Source of the DNA: Octopus sinensis
Lineage: Eukaryota
DNA: 29,238 nucleotides
Assembly: GCF_006345805.1 (NCBI RefSeq)
Contig: NW_021836223.1
Span: 1-29,238, forward strand
Reading direction: 5' to 3'
Numbering within the stretch: the stretch's first letter is position 1; every line of letters starts with the position of its first letter. Below the pieces are notes generated by a model. The model saw nothing but the letters and a program-made list of their open reading frames with translations. It made no database searches and was not told the DNA's origin. Both the position numbers and the translations under genes were made by a program. Positions 8,470 to 20,030 of this stretch are shown here, piece after piece.

Positions 8470-8860
8470 AGGGCAATGCTATACCAACGGAATTAAGGCC
8501 ACACTAATATGGATCATCTCTTCTCAGAAGCAAAAATGGGTTTGAGTTGGGCCAACATTTCTTGGTAGAAAACAAAGCTGTATATATATATTGATGACAA
8601 TACAAAACCAACAAGACAAGGAAAGGAACCTTTCCTTCAATGAAAAATATTGAGGTAGGATATTAAAGAGCATAGCTCAAAAGTTAGGGATCCAACTGGA
8701 TTGAATCAGAAAAGGCACACTCGAGAACAGCTGAGAAAAGAGTTATGCTCCCTAGGATGCAAGGAGGCTGGGTCATGTGCCTCGTCTGCTTTGAGTCGAT
8801 GGCAAAAAATGAGTTATCCTGCGACTGACCGACGTTCCGTCCAACTGCGGAATTTGAACC

Positions 8861-8915
8861 CATGAAACCGGGAAACCGGCCCTTATGGGTCGGTATGACT
8901 CGAGGAGGTAACCTT
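8861..8915 (+). mobile_element. 3' tail fragment of the V-like SINE or its partner LINE
   Basis: catgaaaccgggaaaccggcccttatg matches the tails at ~4310, ~6370 (minus) and ~27395. Confidence 0.6.
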
Positions 8916-9042
8916 CATCTTTAATTTATTGTCTTTCTTTGAAGCAGAGTTATTTAGTTTCAATGTGAAGCACGTGGTGATAATTAGAATTCAGCTTAAA
9001 TTGTTATATACCCTGTATCTCTAATTAATATCACACATATTA

Positions 9043-9385
9043 GAGGTGCATGGTTCAGTGGTCAGTGTATCAGGCTTACAATCATGGAGTTGCGATTTCG
9101 ATTCCTGGACCGGCGGTTTGTGTTGTGCTCTTGAGCAAGACACTTTATTTCACGTTGCCGAAGTTCACTCATTTGTAGAGATGATTTGCGATGTGACTGG
9201 TGTGAGAAGTTGTATCGACTTTTGCCTTTTCCTTGGATAATATTATTGGCATTGGCGTGGAGAGAGGAGGCTCGTATGCATGGATGACTGCTGTTCTTCC
9301 GTAAACAAACTTGCCTGGACTTGAACCTCGCAGGGGAACTTTCTAGGAGCAATCTCATAATTAATCATGACCGAAGGAGGTCTTT
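9043..9385 (+). mobile_element. Second CORE-type tRNA SINE family (family B)
   Basis: A-box-like TGGTTCAGTGG, B-box-like ATTTCGATTCC and CORE-like tcttgagcaagacactttatttcacgttg. The 3' part differs from family A. Confidence 0.7.
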
Positions 9386-9654
9386 AATGTCGCATATACT
9401 GGACGTAGACTACGTTAACGTTAAAAAAATTCATTAATATTAAGAACACAAACAGCCCATGAAGCTGTGATGAAGAGATATGGATAAAGAAACGCATCTG
9501 CAGATAGTGGAAAGAATGCTTTGCACATATAAAATATAGAATACTTAATTTGGAAAGAGAAGAAAGGAAAAATGCTACTAAGTTTATATAGGAAGGAAGA
9601 GAAACGAATAAATGAATAACTTAGGTAGCAATGCTGCAATAACAAGATATTAAA

Positions 9655-9805
9655 GTACATTATTTACATTGTTTACATTTGACGGATATTTGTCCTCATC
9701 TTGTTTGTTGTTAATACAACGTTTCGGCTGATATACTCTCCAGCCTTCATCAGGTGTCTTGGGAAAATTTCGAACCTGGGTTCTTATTCCTAAGGTATTT
9801 TTCTA
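9655..9805 (-). mobile_element. Penelope-like pseudo-LTR fragment with an incomplete hammerhead-like core (9721-9753)
   Basis: Minus strand reads CUGAUGA-A-GGCUG(10 nt)CAGCC-GAAAC, but no stem I partner is found. Confidence 0.55.
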
Positions 9806-9816
9806 TGTTGTTGTTG

Positions 9817-9876
<60 letters not shown>
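9806..9876. repeat. (TTG)n/(TTA)n microsatellite, forming the (AAT)n tail of the adjacent minus-strand repeat
   Basis: Direct reading. Confidence 0.95.
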
Positions 9877-10255
9877 GTGAGAGAGAGCAGTGCATGGTAT
9901 CAAAGTGACACTGGGGTACAATTATACGAAGCCATATATACCCATCATTACTACCCGTCTGATAAAGGTACACCAGGCACATGCATCACAACCACATATG
10001 AACAACATGGTAATCTTATATCAAGATAAATAACGCACTACCTTGCAGATGGAGCCCAGTTAGAATATTTTCAGCTTTGAGTAGCCCGTCCTGTTCAAAA
10101 GGTCCTTGAATAAGGTTTGTTTAAGGATGATGTTTCCAGAGGTGAATTATTCAAACTCCAAAGAATTCCTCTCAACACATGGCTATGATGCTCCCCCACT
10201 ACTTCTGCTCAGGATTAGACAATGTACATGATAATATTTCCAATCAGTTAAGAAC
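9877..10255 (-). mobile_element. Unclassified interspersed repeat with (AAT)n tail, internally deleted copy
   Basis: Colinear with 17499-18054 (gagagagcagtgcatg..gatgctcccccactacttctgct..ttccaatcagttaag). No coding frame is recognised. Confidence 0.8.
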
Positions 10256-10419
10256 AGACACTGACAATATTCCCTGCAGCACGAGGCTTTGTCAGTGAAC
10301 AGGACCCGGTCTCAAAGCGACGAAAATATTTTGACAAATTAAATTTAAATGTTGAAGTGAATCTAACGGTTTTTTGTCTTTCTTAAATGGCTTATAAACA
10401 CCTTCCACGCTATATATAT

Positions 10420-10560
10420 ATAGTTGAAATTTACAGAAAAACAAAAGATGAACACAGGTATATGAACAACAGGCAGGTGTATAAGGTTAATGCTCGGGAA
10501 AGAGAGAAAGTCTTTTACGGTTCGAGCCTACGCTCTTCAGCAGAAAGGAATAGAGGAAAA
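10420..10560 (-). mobile_element. Penelope-like pseudo-LTR fragment ending at (TA)n, with a mutated hammerhead-like core (10519-10543)
   Basis: Minus strand reads CUGCUGA-A-GAGC(GUAG)GCUC-GAAC; the core is mutated at A6 and A15.1. Confidence 0.5.
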
Positions 10561-10577
10561 TAAAGAGGGAGAGACGT

Positions 10578-10986
10578 GGGTGCGTGGTAAGAAGCTTGCT
10601 TCCACACAACGTGGTTCCAGGTTCAGTCCCACTGCATAAAACCTTGGGTTATTGTCATCTACACTTGCCTCGGGGCCAACCAAAGCGTTGTGAGTGGATT
10701 TGGAAGAAGCCTGTCGTATATATGTATATATATATGTATGTATACATATATATATGTATGTATGTATATGTGTACGAATGTATTTGCGTGTATGTCTGTG
10801 TTTGTACCCCAACAATCACTCCACAACCGACGCTGGTGTGTTTATGTCCTTGTAACGTAGCGGTTCGGCAAAGGGGCCGATAGAATAAATACTAGGCTTA
10901 CAAAGAAGTCCTGAGGTCGATTCACTCGAATGAAGGAAGTGCTGCAGCATGGCCGCAAACAAAAAAGTCCGAAAAAAGTAAAAGAA
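10578..10986 (+). mobile_element. CORE-type SINE family A
   Basis: gtggtaagaagcttgcttcc..ggttcagtcccactgc..accttggg..(TA/TG)n..cttacaaagaagtcctgaggtcga..gcatggccgc. Confidence 0.87.
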
Positions 10987-11132
10987 TATATATATATATA
11001 TATAGTTGTATGTGTATGCATTTATATATATATATACGCACATATGCTCGTACATGCTTCGGCCTACATATACACACATTCTTAAACATGTACACACGTA
11101 CACACAAACACTCACTTTATGATATATGTATA

Positions 11133-11545
11133 CGCGCAAGCGCGGTTGTGTGGTAAGAAGCTTGCTTCAAAACATCGAGATCCCGAGTTCAGTCCCACTG
11201 CGTGGCACCTTGGGCAAGTGTCTTCTACTGTAGCCATGGGCCGACCAAAGCCTTGTAAGTGGATTTGGTAGACGGAGACTGAAAGAAGCCCGTCGTATGT
11301 ATATATATATCTATATATATATACAAATATTTGTGTGTTTGTGTCGGTGTTTGTCCCCCGCCAACAGATGTTGATGTGTTTACGTCCTCGTTACATCGTG
11401 GTTAGGCGTAAGAGACCTAAAGAATAAGTACTAGGCTTACAAAGAATAAGTCCCGGTGTCAGTTTCTTCGACTAAAAGGCAGTGCTCCAGAATGGCCGCA
11501 GTCAACTAACTGAAACAAGTAAAAGTGTAAAAGAGTAAACGAGTA
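11133..11545 (+). mobile_element. CORE-type SINE family A, full length
   Basis: Clear CORE block gtggcaccttgggcaagtgtcttctactgtagcc, internal (TA)/(TG) tract and family tail. Confidence 0.92.
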
Positions 11546-11719
11546 CAGATGTCGAGTGAGAGAGAGAGGCAGGGAGGGAGAGAGAGTGAGAGAGAGGAGA
11601 GAGAGAAAGAGTGAGAAACGGAGAGAGAGGTAAAGTGTCCATATGGTAGTCTATATAGCAAGAGCTTGTACTTTAATAGTACTTCAACTTTGCATTTCAT
11701 TTCGTATATAGCTATACAC

Positions 11720-11741
11720 ACACTCTCTCTCTCTCTGTGTA

Positions 11742-11818
<77 letters not shown>

Positions 11819-11957
11819 TTTGTATATATATATTTGTATATATATATTTGTATATATATATTTGTATATATATTTGTATATATTATATATATATTTGTAT
11901 ATATATATATAATATATATTTATACATATATCATCATCACTCATCATCATCATCATC
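11720..11957. repeat. (CT)n/(TA)n/(TATATATTTG)-type and (CAT)n microsatellites
   Basis: Direct reading. The (CAT)n part is the (GAT)n tail of the adjacent minus-strand element. Confidence 0.92.
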
Positions 11958-12347
11958 ATTTAACGTCCGCTTTCCATGCTAGCATGGGTTGGACGGTTTC
12001 AACTGGGTCTGGGGAGCCCGAAAGCTGCACCAGTCCAGTCAGATCTGGCAGTGTTTCTACAGCTGGATGCCTTCCTAACGCCAACCACTCCGAGAGTGTA
12101 GTGGGTGATTTTATTTGCCACCGACACAGGTGCAAGACGAGGCTGGCAAACGGCCACGCTCGGATGGTTTTTTATGTGCCACCGACACAGTGCCAGACGA
12201 GCTGGCAACGGCCACGCTCGGATGGTGTTTTATGTGCCACCGACACAGGTGCCAGACGAGGCTGGCAAACGGCCACGCTCGGATGTTGTTTTTTATGTGC
12301 CACCGACACAGGTGCCAGATGAGGCTGGCAAACGGCCACGATCGGAT
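11958..12347 (-). mobile_element. RTE-like LINE 3' UTR or RTE-dependent SINE tail with (GAT)n end
   Basis: Minus strand ends ggttggcgttaggaaggcatccagctgtagaaac..ccgtccaacccatgctagcatggaaagcggacgttaaa(tga)n. This resembles mollusc RTE-type 3' ends as I recall them; not verified by search. Confidence 0.6.
12109..12347. repeat. GC-rich minisatellite, 4 copies of a ~60-bp unit
   Basis: gccaccgacacag starts at 12117, 12178, 12236 and 12299 (periods 61, 58, 63). Confidence 0.95.
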
Positions 12348-12599
12348 ATATATATATATATATATACATATGTATATACACGTACACACGCAATATACAT
12401 ATACTTCTATATATATGTGTTATATTTGTGTGTGTGTATATACATATATATATATATATCTATATATAATATATATATATATATATGCTTGACTGTATAC
12501 ATATATATGTATGTATATAATGTATGTATGTACACAGAGTTTAATTATTTTTTCAGTTCCTTTCAAGAAGAATTTTTTCTCTCCCAATGGAACACGTCA

Positions 12600-12642
12600 C
12601 CCAAAACACCATCATCATCATCAGCAGCAGCGGCAACAGTGG

Positions 12643-12683
<41 letters not shown>

Positions 12684-12903
12684 GTACTACTACTACTACA
12701 ACTACCACGACAAGAAATAGTAGTAGTAGTAGTAGTAGTGCTACCAGCACTTTTTTCATTGTCATTGCTATCATTATCTCGTTCATTGTCATCATCATTG
12801 TCATCATCACCAGCATGGTGGTCGTCGTATGTGTCTTAAGCAGCAGAGTCATCAGCAGGAGCGACAGAACTCTAAGTCATAGTAGCTCAACGTTTCTTCA
12901 TGG

Positions 12904-12940
<37 letters not shown>

Positions 12941-13133
12941 TATGAGCAATACCAGCAATAGCAGACTCAGCATCACCTTCACACAGCAGCGACATTAGCA
13001 GCAGTAACATCATATGTTCATCGTCATTTTTATCATCACCATCATCACCATCATCATCATCATCATCAACATCATCATCGTCATCACCGTTGCTGTCGCC
13101 AGCGTCATTATCATCAGCAATAACAGTAGCTTA

Positions 13134-13185
<52 letters not shown>

Positions 13186-13250
13186 TAGTAGTAGTAGTAA
13201 TATTAGTAGTAGTAGTAATATTATTATTATATTATTATTATTATTATTAT

Positions 13251-13292
<42 letters not shown>

Positions 13293-13480
13293 GTAGTAGT
13301 ATAAGAGCAGCAGTAGCAGCTGAAACATTTTTCATTGTCATTGAGTTTGTAGTCGCCGTCACCAGATCCATCATCATCATCATTACCAACACCACCATCA
13401 CCATCATCATCATCATCACCATCGGTCTCATCATCATCCTCGACATCATCAGCATTAATATGTATTTTTTTTTTACTTCT
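12600..13480. repeat. Compound trinucleotide field (CAT)/(CAG)/(TAC)/(TAG)/(ATT)
   Basis: Direct reading. It explains the poly-T/S/H/I ORFs. Confidence 0.93.
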
Positions 13481-13564
13481 TCTTCCACTATGGAATAAAA
13501 ATCAAAAGATCAACTTATCTTAATCTTGCTATAACTGAAGCCACAAAAATAACACTACTGAAGA

Positions 13565-13572
13565 TTTTATTA

Positions 13573-13630
<58 letters not shown>

Positions 13631-13663
13631 TTATTAATATTATTATTATTATTATTATTATTA

Positions 13664-13713
<50 letters not shown>

Positions 13714-13765
13714 TTTGGTATTACTCCATTATTGTTATTTTTTTATTATTATTACCAATATTGCT
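13565..13765. repeat. (ATT)n microsatellite
   Basis: Direct reading. Confidence 0.95.
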
Positions 13766-14329
13766 AATATTTTTCTTTTCATTACAAGAACCTATTGAGA
13801 GGACAAAAAAAATATCTTACACAATATGACAATAAATGAGATCAAAAGAGCCACCACAGACGCCAATTTCCCTTCTACACACGCAATCCTGCGTATATAC
13901 GAGTGTATAGAGTTGTAAATATCATCGTACTTCTGTATGTGCATATGTGCATATTCATCTGTGTGTCAGTGTGTATTTGTGTGTGTATGTATGTATGTAT
14001 GTATGCGTGTATATATACACATAAGTTTGTGTAAATCTCTCTCTCTAATATATATATATGTATATATGTGTGTATATATATATATATTATATATATATAT
14101 GTATGTATATATGTATTTGTAAGTCTGTATGTATGGGCGGGTGTTTGTGTGTATGTCTGTGTTTGTGGGAATCTCTATGCGTCTCTTGCAACAGTTTACG
14201 TATATTTATGCGTTACATATACATATGAGCGTGAGAGCGTCTGTATGTATGATTGTGTGTGTTTAAGAATCCCCAAAAAGTCGATTTAGTCAGATTACTA
14301 AGAAGCTGTGGTGATACCATGGCACAATA

Positions 14330-14358
14330 ACAAATATATAAATATACATACATATATG

Positions 14359-14394
<36 letters not shown>

Positions 14395-14405
14395 CATATA
14401 TGTAC

Positions 14406-14447
<42 letters not shown>

Positions 14448-14678
14448 GCATGTCATATATACATAGATACGTATTGATATTAAATTAAATTATGCAAATA
14501 CCATACGACACAACACACAGGCATTGCCCCCCCACACACACACACACACTCTCTTTCAACACATATACACGCGTTGACAAAACAGTACTCATACTAATGT
14601 ATGCTCACACACATATATGTGTACTTGTACACACACATATATGTGTGTATGTCTCTGTGTCTGTCTGTGTATGTATGC

Positions 14679-14710
<32 letters not shown>

Positions 14711-14872
14711 AATTACACACATACGTACATAGATATATACATACATATATAGAGAAATACTTATGCGATGTGTCTTTCAATTTCACGCCCAAATATTACC
14801 TGAACCTCTATTTCTGTTTCTCTCACTCTCTCTGTCTCTCCCCTTATCTCTCTCACTCAATCTCTCTCTCTA

Positions 14873-14936
<64 letters not shown>

Positions 14937-14966
14937 CGTCTCTCTCTCTCTCTCTCTCTATATATA

Positions 14967-15002
<36 letters not shown>

Positions 15003-15106
15003 GCATGTATGTGTGTATTTATATATTTGTGTGTATGTATGTATGTATATGTACACAATTATGTTTATATACATATATATGTGTGTGTGTTTATAAGCAT
15101 ATAAAC

Positions 15107-15137
<31 letters not shown>

Positions 15138-15260
15138 TACACACATATATTGTATATATTTATACACACACATGTGCGTACTTGTATTCATAAAAAGTGA
15201 CTTGGAAACTTTCATTCACATGGACTTGCTACACTCTATACATATATATATATATAACTC
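14330..15260. repeat. Mosaic (TA)n/(CA)n/(TG)n/(CT)n/(TATC)n microsatellites
   Basis: Direct reading; short unique spacers lie between tracts. Confidence 0.85.
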
Positions 15261-15419
15261 ACGTGAGGAAATATATATAATTTATTTCCATATTCTGTGT
15301 GCCAAATGGTCTTTAACTAGTACTGAGAAGCATTTTGTTCTATATATATATATTTTTTCCCTCCCCAATTCTTCTATCCCTCAGCCTCTACCTCTCTCTC
15401 TTCTCTCTCTTCTCACTCC

Positions 15420-15870
15420 AGGTGACCGGTGTTCGCCCAAGCCTGACTTTTCTTTCTTGGTTCGACTACCATCCGTGCAACATCTATATTCCTCCCTATG
15501 CCTGCTATATCATATGCCTCTGCCGTAAGGCTTCACTTCCAGACACGGCTACTTACTTTAATTCGTCCTTAGTCGAAAGACATCTGTTGTTAATGTCCTT
15601 TATTTGCATTTGTATTTGTGTAACATTTCTCCGTTTTTTTCCGTCGTTGTTCTCGTATACATTCGCTACTTTCTTCCAAGGTATCTCGTGCCCTTAGCTT
15701 AGTTTTTTCCTCAGGCTCTGGCCAGATTGGAACTATCTCGAGTATAATTGCAAAGATAATCTGTAACTCGACGGAAGAAAGAAAACTCCGAATGACCTGT
15801 CCTTGTTTTTTGGTATCGTCTGTCTGGATGTTTTGTGTTCTTGTGCCATTTTTGGTATTCCTTTATATAC
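15420..15870 (+). mobile_element. Possible degraded Penelope-like pseudo-LTR ending in TATA
   Basis: ctgccgtaaggcttcacttccagacacgg resembles a decayed CUGACGA-AGGC..GAAAC core. A T-rich end runs into tatata as in other putative PLE termini here. Weak assignment. Confidence 0.3.
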
Positions 15871-15899
15871 GAACTCACACACACAGACTCACACACATA

Positions 15900-16090
<191 letters not shown>

Positions 16091-16109
16091 ATATGTGACA
16101 ATTATTCGG

Positions 16110-16595
16110 TTGATATTTCTGCAGTTATTCTATCCAGATTACAAGTTCAGGTTTATACCTGTAATTATTGGGGCACTGGGATATGTAACACACTGCCTAA
16201 ATACCAATCTTGAAAAATTAGGCTTCTCAAAACCAGAAAGTAGAAAGCTAATTCGAAGAAGACAGATCCAGTCCATCACTGGAACTGTAAATATCTGTAA
16301 AGATTTCCAGAAGTTCACCATTTAAATATATATGAGAATGTCTAAATATGCAACTATATGCATGAGAAAATATACACAAAAAACATACAAATCTGCAAAT
16401 ATACATACATACATACATGCATGCATAAATACATACATGCATAAATACATATATATATACATACATACATACATACATACATACAAAAATACCCTGTTGT
16501 TGATGTTAAAATTCCAATAATGGAACCTTGGCTCTGGGTCAGAAACTGGTTCTTTCTCTATTGGTAAGAAATCTTGAAATAAAACTGAACAATGA
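16110..16595 (+). mobile_element. 3' end of a second RLE-type non-LTR retrotransposon family: last ~70 codons (stop at 16325) plus 3' UTR running into (TACA)n
   Basis: [53 protein letters not shown] carries the IPVIIGALG motif of the RLE C-terminus but is clearly divergent from the element at 77-1025. Confidence 0.8.
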
Positions 16596-16937
16596 CATAC
16601 ATACATACACACACATACATACATACATACATACATACATACATACATACCATACCACTACATACATACATACATACATACATACATCATACATACATAC
16701 ATACATACGTACATGCATACATGCATACATGCATACATACATACATACATACACACATATATACATACGTACATACATACACACATACATACATACATAC
16801 ATACATACATACACACATATATGCATACATACATACATACATACATACATACATACATACGTACATGCATACATACATACATACATACATACATACATAC
16901 ATACATACATACATACATACATACATACATACATACA
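16596..16937. repeat. ~340-bp (TACA)n tetranucleotide array with TACG/TGCA/CACA variants
   Basis: Direct reading. It explains the HTYI/MYVC ORFs. Confidence 0.97.
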
Positions 16938-17404
16938 CGCATGCAAGCGCTCACAGGCTTAATTTGACGCTGGTGGAGACCCAATGATCTATACGAAGCT
17001 CAGAGTCTGGAGACGCGGTTGTTTCTCGCTCGGCTGAACCTCTGATCACAAACCAGGACTGCAGGTCTGATGCACCAACGGCGGAGATTGTATAGGAAAT
17101 TAACACAAGATATAAGCAAATCCATAACTTTTTTATCTGACTGGGCCACTTCCGCACATTATATTGTTACCCGCCGATGCAAAAAGATATTATGCCATCA
17201 TATAAATGTTAATGATTCTTGGATGTCCTCTTTGAAATTGCGGCACTGAAAAGAGGTAAGTGGAGCAATCAAAACAGGAAATGGTGCCAGTTCCTGATAC
17301 AGGTTTCTTGTAATGCTTCGCTTTAGTTGAAAATCTCGACCTATCATTTCTTCGAAATATATTACATCATGGACATGGAGACGTAAAAAAGACGTCTCTA
17401 TAAC

Positions 17405-17466
17405 CATCATTATCAAGTTTATTATTATAGTTATTAATATTATTATTATTATTATTATTATTATTG

Positions 17467-17498
<32 letters not shown>
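17405..17498. repeat. (ATT)n microsatellite, forming the tail of the adjacent minus-strand repeat
   Basis: Direct reading. Confidence 0.93.
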
Positions 17499-18054
17499 GA
17501 GTGAGAGAGCAGTGCATGCCATCAAGGTGACGCTGGGGTAAAATATACGAAGCCCAGTATACCCATCATGACTACCCCTCTGATAAGGGTACCCTATGCA
17601 CATGCATCACAACCATATGTGCGCGACATAGTGATCTCATATCAAGTTAAACAGCACATGACCTTGCAGGTGGGGCCCAGTTAGAACTTTCTTCTGGTCG
17701 AGTAACCCATCCCACTCAAAAGGTCCCTGAATAAGGGTTGATTAAGGATGTTGAACGAAACATCCATGTTTCCAGAGGTGAATTATTCAAACCCCAAATA
17801 ATCCTTCTCAACAGATGGCTGTGATGCACCCCCACTACTTCTGCTGGTGATCAGAGATGCACATATTGTCAGCCACTAAGTGACATGCTCAACTTGTTAA
17901 GGTCAAACAACTGACATGCAAATCTGTGGTATTCGGCAGAATATTTGCTGTAGTCCATCTTTTATAACCAAGACAAAACGATGTACATGATAACACTTCC
18001 AATCAGTTAAGATCAGTGGCCATGAGAGCCACTGTCTGGTACTGCATCAGTGCA
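17499..18054 (-). mobile_element. Unclassified ~555-bp interspersed repeat with (AAT)n tail (longer copy)
   Basis: Homologous to 9877-10255. All three minus-strand frames hit stops early and no Pol III boxes are recognised. Confidence 0.8.
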
Positions 18055-18057
18055 TTA

Positions 18058-18266
18058 TTAGCACGCCGGGCGAAATGCGTAGCCGTATTTCGTCTGTCGT
18101 TACGTTCCGAGTTCAAATTCCGCCGAGGTCGATTTTGCCTTTCATTCTTTCGGGGTCGATAAATTAAGTATCAGTTACGCACTGGAGTCGATTTAATCGA
18201 CTTAATCCCTTTGTCTGTCCTTGTTTGTCCCCTCTGTGTTTAGCCTCTTGTGGGTAGTAAAGAATA
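18058..18266 (+). mobile_element. Meta-domain-like tRNA SINE (tail type 'ttgtgggtagtaa'), slightly 5'-truncated
   Basis: gagttcaaattccgccgaggtcgattttgcctttcattctttcggggtcgataaattaagtatcag.. with tail tttagcctcttgtgggtagtaaagaata. Confidence 0.9.
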
Positions 18267-18279
18267 TAAAAAAATATAT

Positions 18280-18300
18280 ATATAATTATTATTATTATTA

Positions 18301-18354
<54 letters not shown>

Positions 18355-18385
18355 TATTATTATTATTATTATCAATATTATTATT
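18280..18385. repeat. (ATT)n microsatellite
   Basis: Direct reading. Confidence 0.95.
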
Positions 18386-18659
18386 ATCTGACCACATATT
18401 TATATGCTTCAGTTTCTGTTTTAAACAAAGCATTTGGTATAATAAAGAGTAGATATTTATATACTCTAAGAAAAGACTTGGAACAAATAAACGATATATA
18501 AAATTTTTATGTTACACACACACACACACATAAACACATATTTAGGTATATGTATATGTGCGTATGTAAATATGTATAGCGCGGAAGCCATCTTGGTATA
18601 TGTGTGTGATGAGAGAGAATGGTTTTTATATGCATTTCTTTTCCTATGAATACCCTCAA

Positions 18660-19587
18660 ACAGATCAACAACAACAACAACAACAACAACAATAATAATA
18701 ATATCGACAGCAATAACAACAACAGCAACAACAGCTGAAAACAAAACAATATTGCAATAGCAACAAAACGAATAAAGTTAGCTATAACTTTATATCTGCC
18801 TGGCCAACAACAACAACAACAACAGCAACGATAATAAGCATGTCGAGTGATGACGGTAATGATGATGATGATGAGGAGGGGGAGGTGGAGGAGGAGGAGG
18901 AGGAAGAAAAATGATGATGTCAATTATGATGATGGGGAGGAGGGGAGGAGGAGGTTAATGATGATGTCGATGATGAGGAGGAGGAGGATGGGAGGAGGAG
19001 GATAATGATGATGTGGGTGATGATGATGATGTGGAGGAGGAGGAGGAAGAGAATTATGATGTCGATGATGATGATGATGAAGCGTAAGGATGACGATGAT
19101 TGTAATGATGATCATGAAGAGAAGGAGAAACTGATGGCGACGATGATGATGATGATGATGATGACGACGACGACGACGACAATAATGATGATGATGATGA
19201 TGATGGCGGTGAATTTGATGATGATAGTGATGATGATGATGATGATGATGGCGATGACGGTGACGGTGTCGACGACGGCGACGGCGGCGGAAGCGGTAGT
19301 GATGAAGACGACGATGACAACAACGAAAGCGATTACGATGGCGGTATTGATGATGGGGGCGATGATGAATATGATCGATGATGAGAACGACGGTTACAAG
19401 ATGGAAGAAGACGAGATTGACCAGAGTGATGAATAAAGAATTAATAGCGATGTCTGATCACTTTTTATGGCATATCATGCCAAAACCCTCGAACCAAAAT
19501 AGACTAGAAATCACCAAGAGTTACCTTAGATTACGATGTTAAAAGGACAGATAAGGAAACAGTGGTGATGATGATGATGATGATGGT

Positions 19588-19620
<33 letters not shown>

Positions 19621-19709
19621 GATGATGATGATAGTAATAAAAGTAATAAGACTAATAATAATAGTATTAGTTGCAGCAGCAAGAGCAGCAACAATTAGTA
19701 AAACGGTGC

Positions 19710-19748
<39 letters not shown>

Positions 19749-19752
19749 TAAT

Positions 19753-19783
<31 letters not shown>

Positions 19784-20030
19784 CGACCATGATGATGATG
19801 ACGATGATGTCGATGATGATGACAACGACGACGACGACGACGATGATGATGACAATGATGAAGATGATAATGATGATGATGATGAAGATGATGATGACGA
19901 CGATGATGATGACGGTGATTTTGGTTTTTATATTTGTGTGTACGCGCGCGCAAGCCTGTGTGTGTATACTTGCGTGTGCATGCGTGTGTGTGTGTGTGTG
20001 TGTGTGCGTGTGTGTGTGTGTGTGTGCGGG
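18660..20030. repeat. ~1.4-kb compound trinucleotide field (CAA)/(GAG)/(GAT)/(GAC)/(AAT) ending in (TG)n
   Basis: Direct reading. It explains the poly-M/D/T ORFs. Confidence 0.92.

Noticed and set aside
8490-8850. Possible RTE-like coding relic (..ARRLGHVPRL..)
   Set aside because: Only a few residues resemble the LRWLGHV motif and the motif order does not fit, so it cannot be assigned by eye.
12109-12347. CRISPR-like repeat array
   Set aside because: The units are contiguous with no unique spacers, the context is eukaryotic and no cas genes are present.
12105-12839. 244-aa ORF with repeated VFYVPPTQVPDEAGKRPRSD
   Set aside because: It is a read-through of the 60-bp minisatellite and flanking SSRs, and the frame shifts between units.
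15380-15425. Strong-looking splice acceptor (polypyrimidine + CAG)
   Set aside because: The pyrimidine tract is a (CT)n microsatellite, and no convincing donor or protein similarity follows.
15518-15590. Hammerhead-like remnant ctgccgtaaggct..agacacgg..gtc
   Set aside because: Core residues are mutated and there is no stem I pairing; it is used only as weak evidence for a PLE terminus.
16528-16987. Cluster of long HTYI/MYVC ORFs in several frames
   Set aside because: They are (TACA)n translations.
17826-17845. gtagtggggg on the minus strand, resembling the U1 snRNA 3' region
   Set aside because: Only a ~10-nt match, with no 5' splice-site-binding end or Sm-site context.
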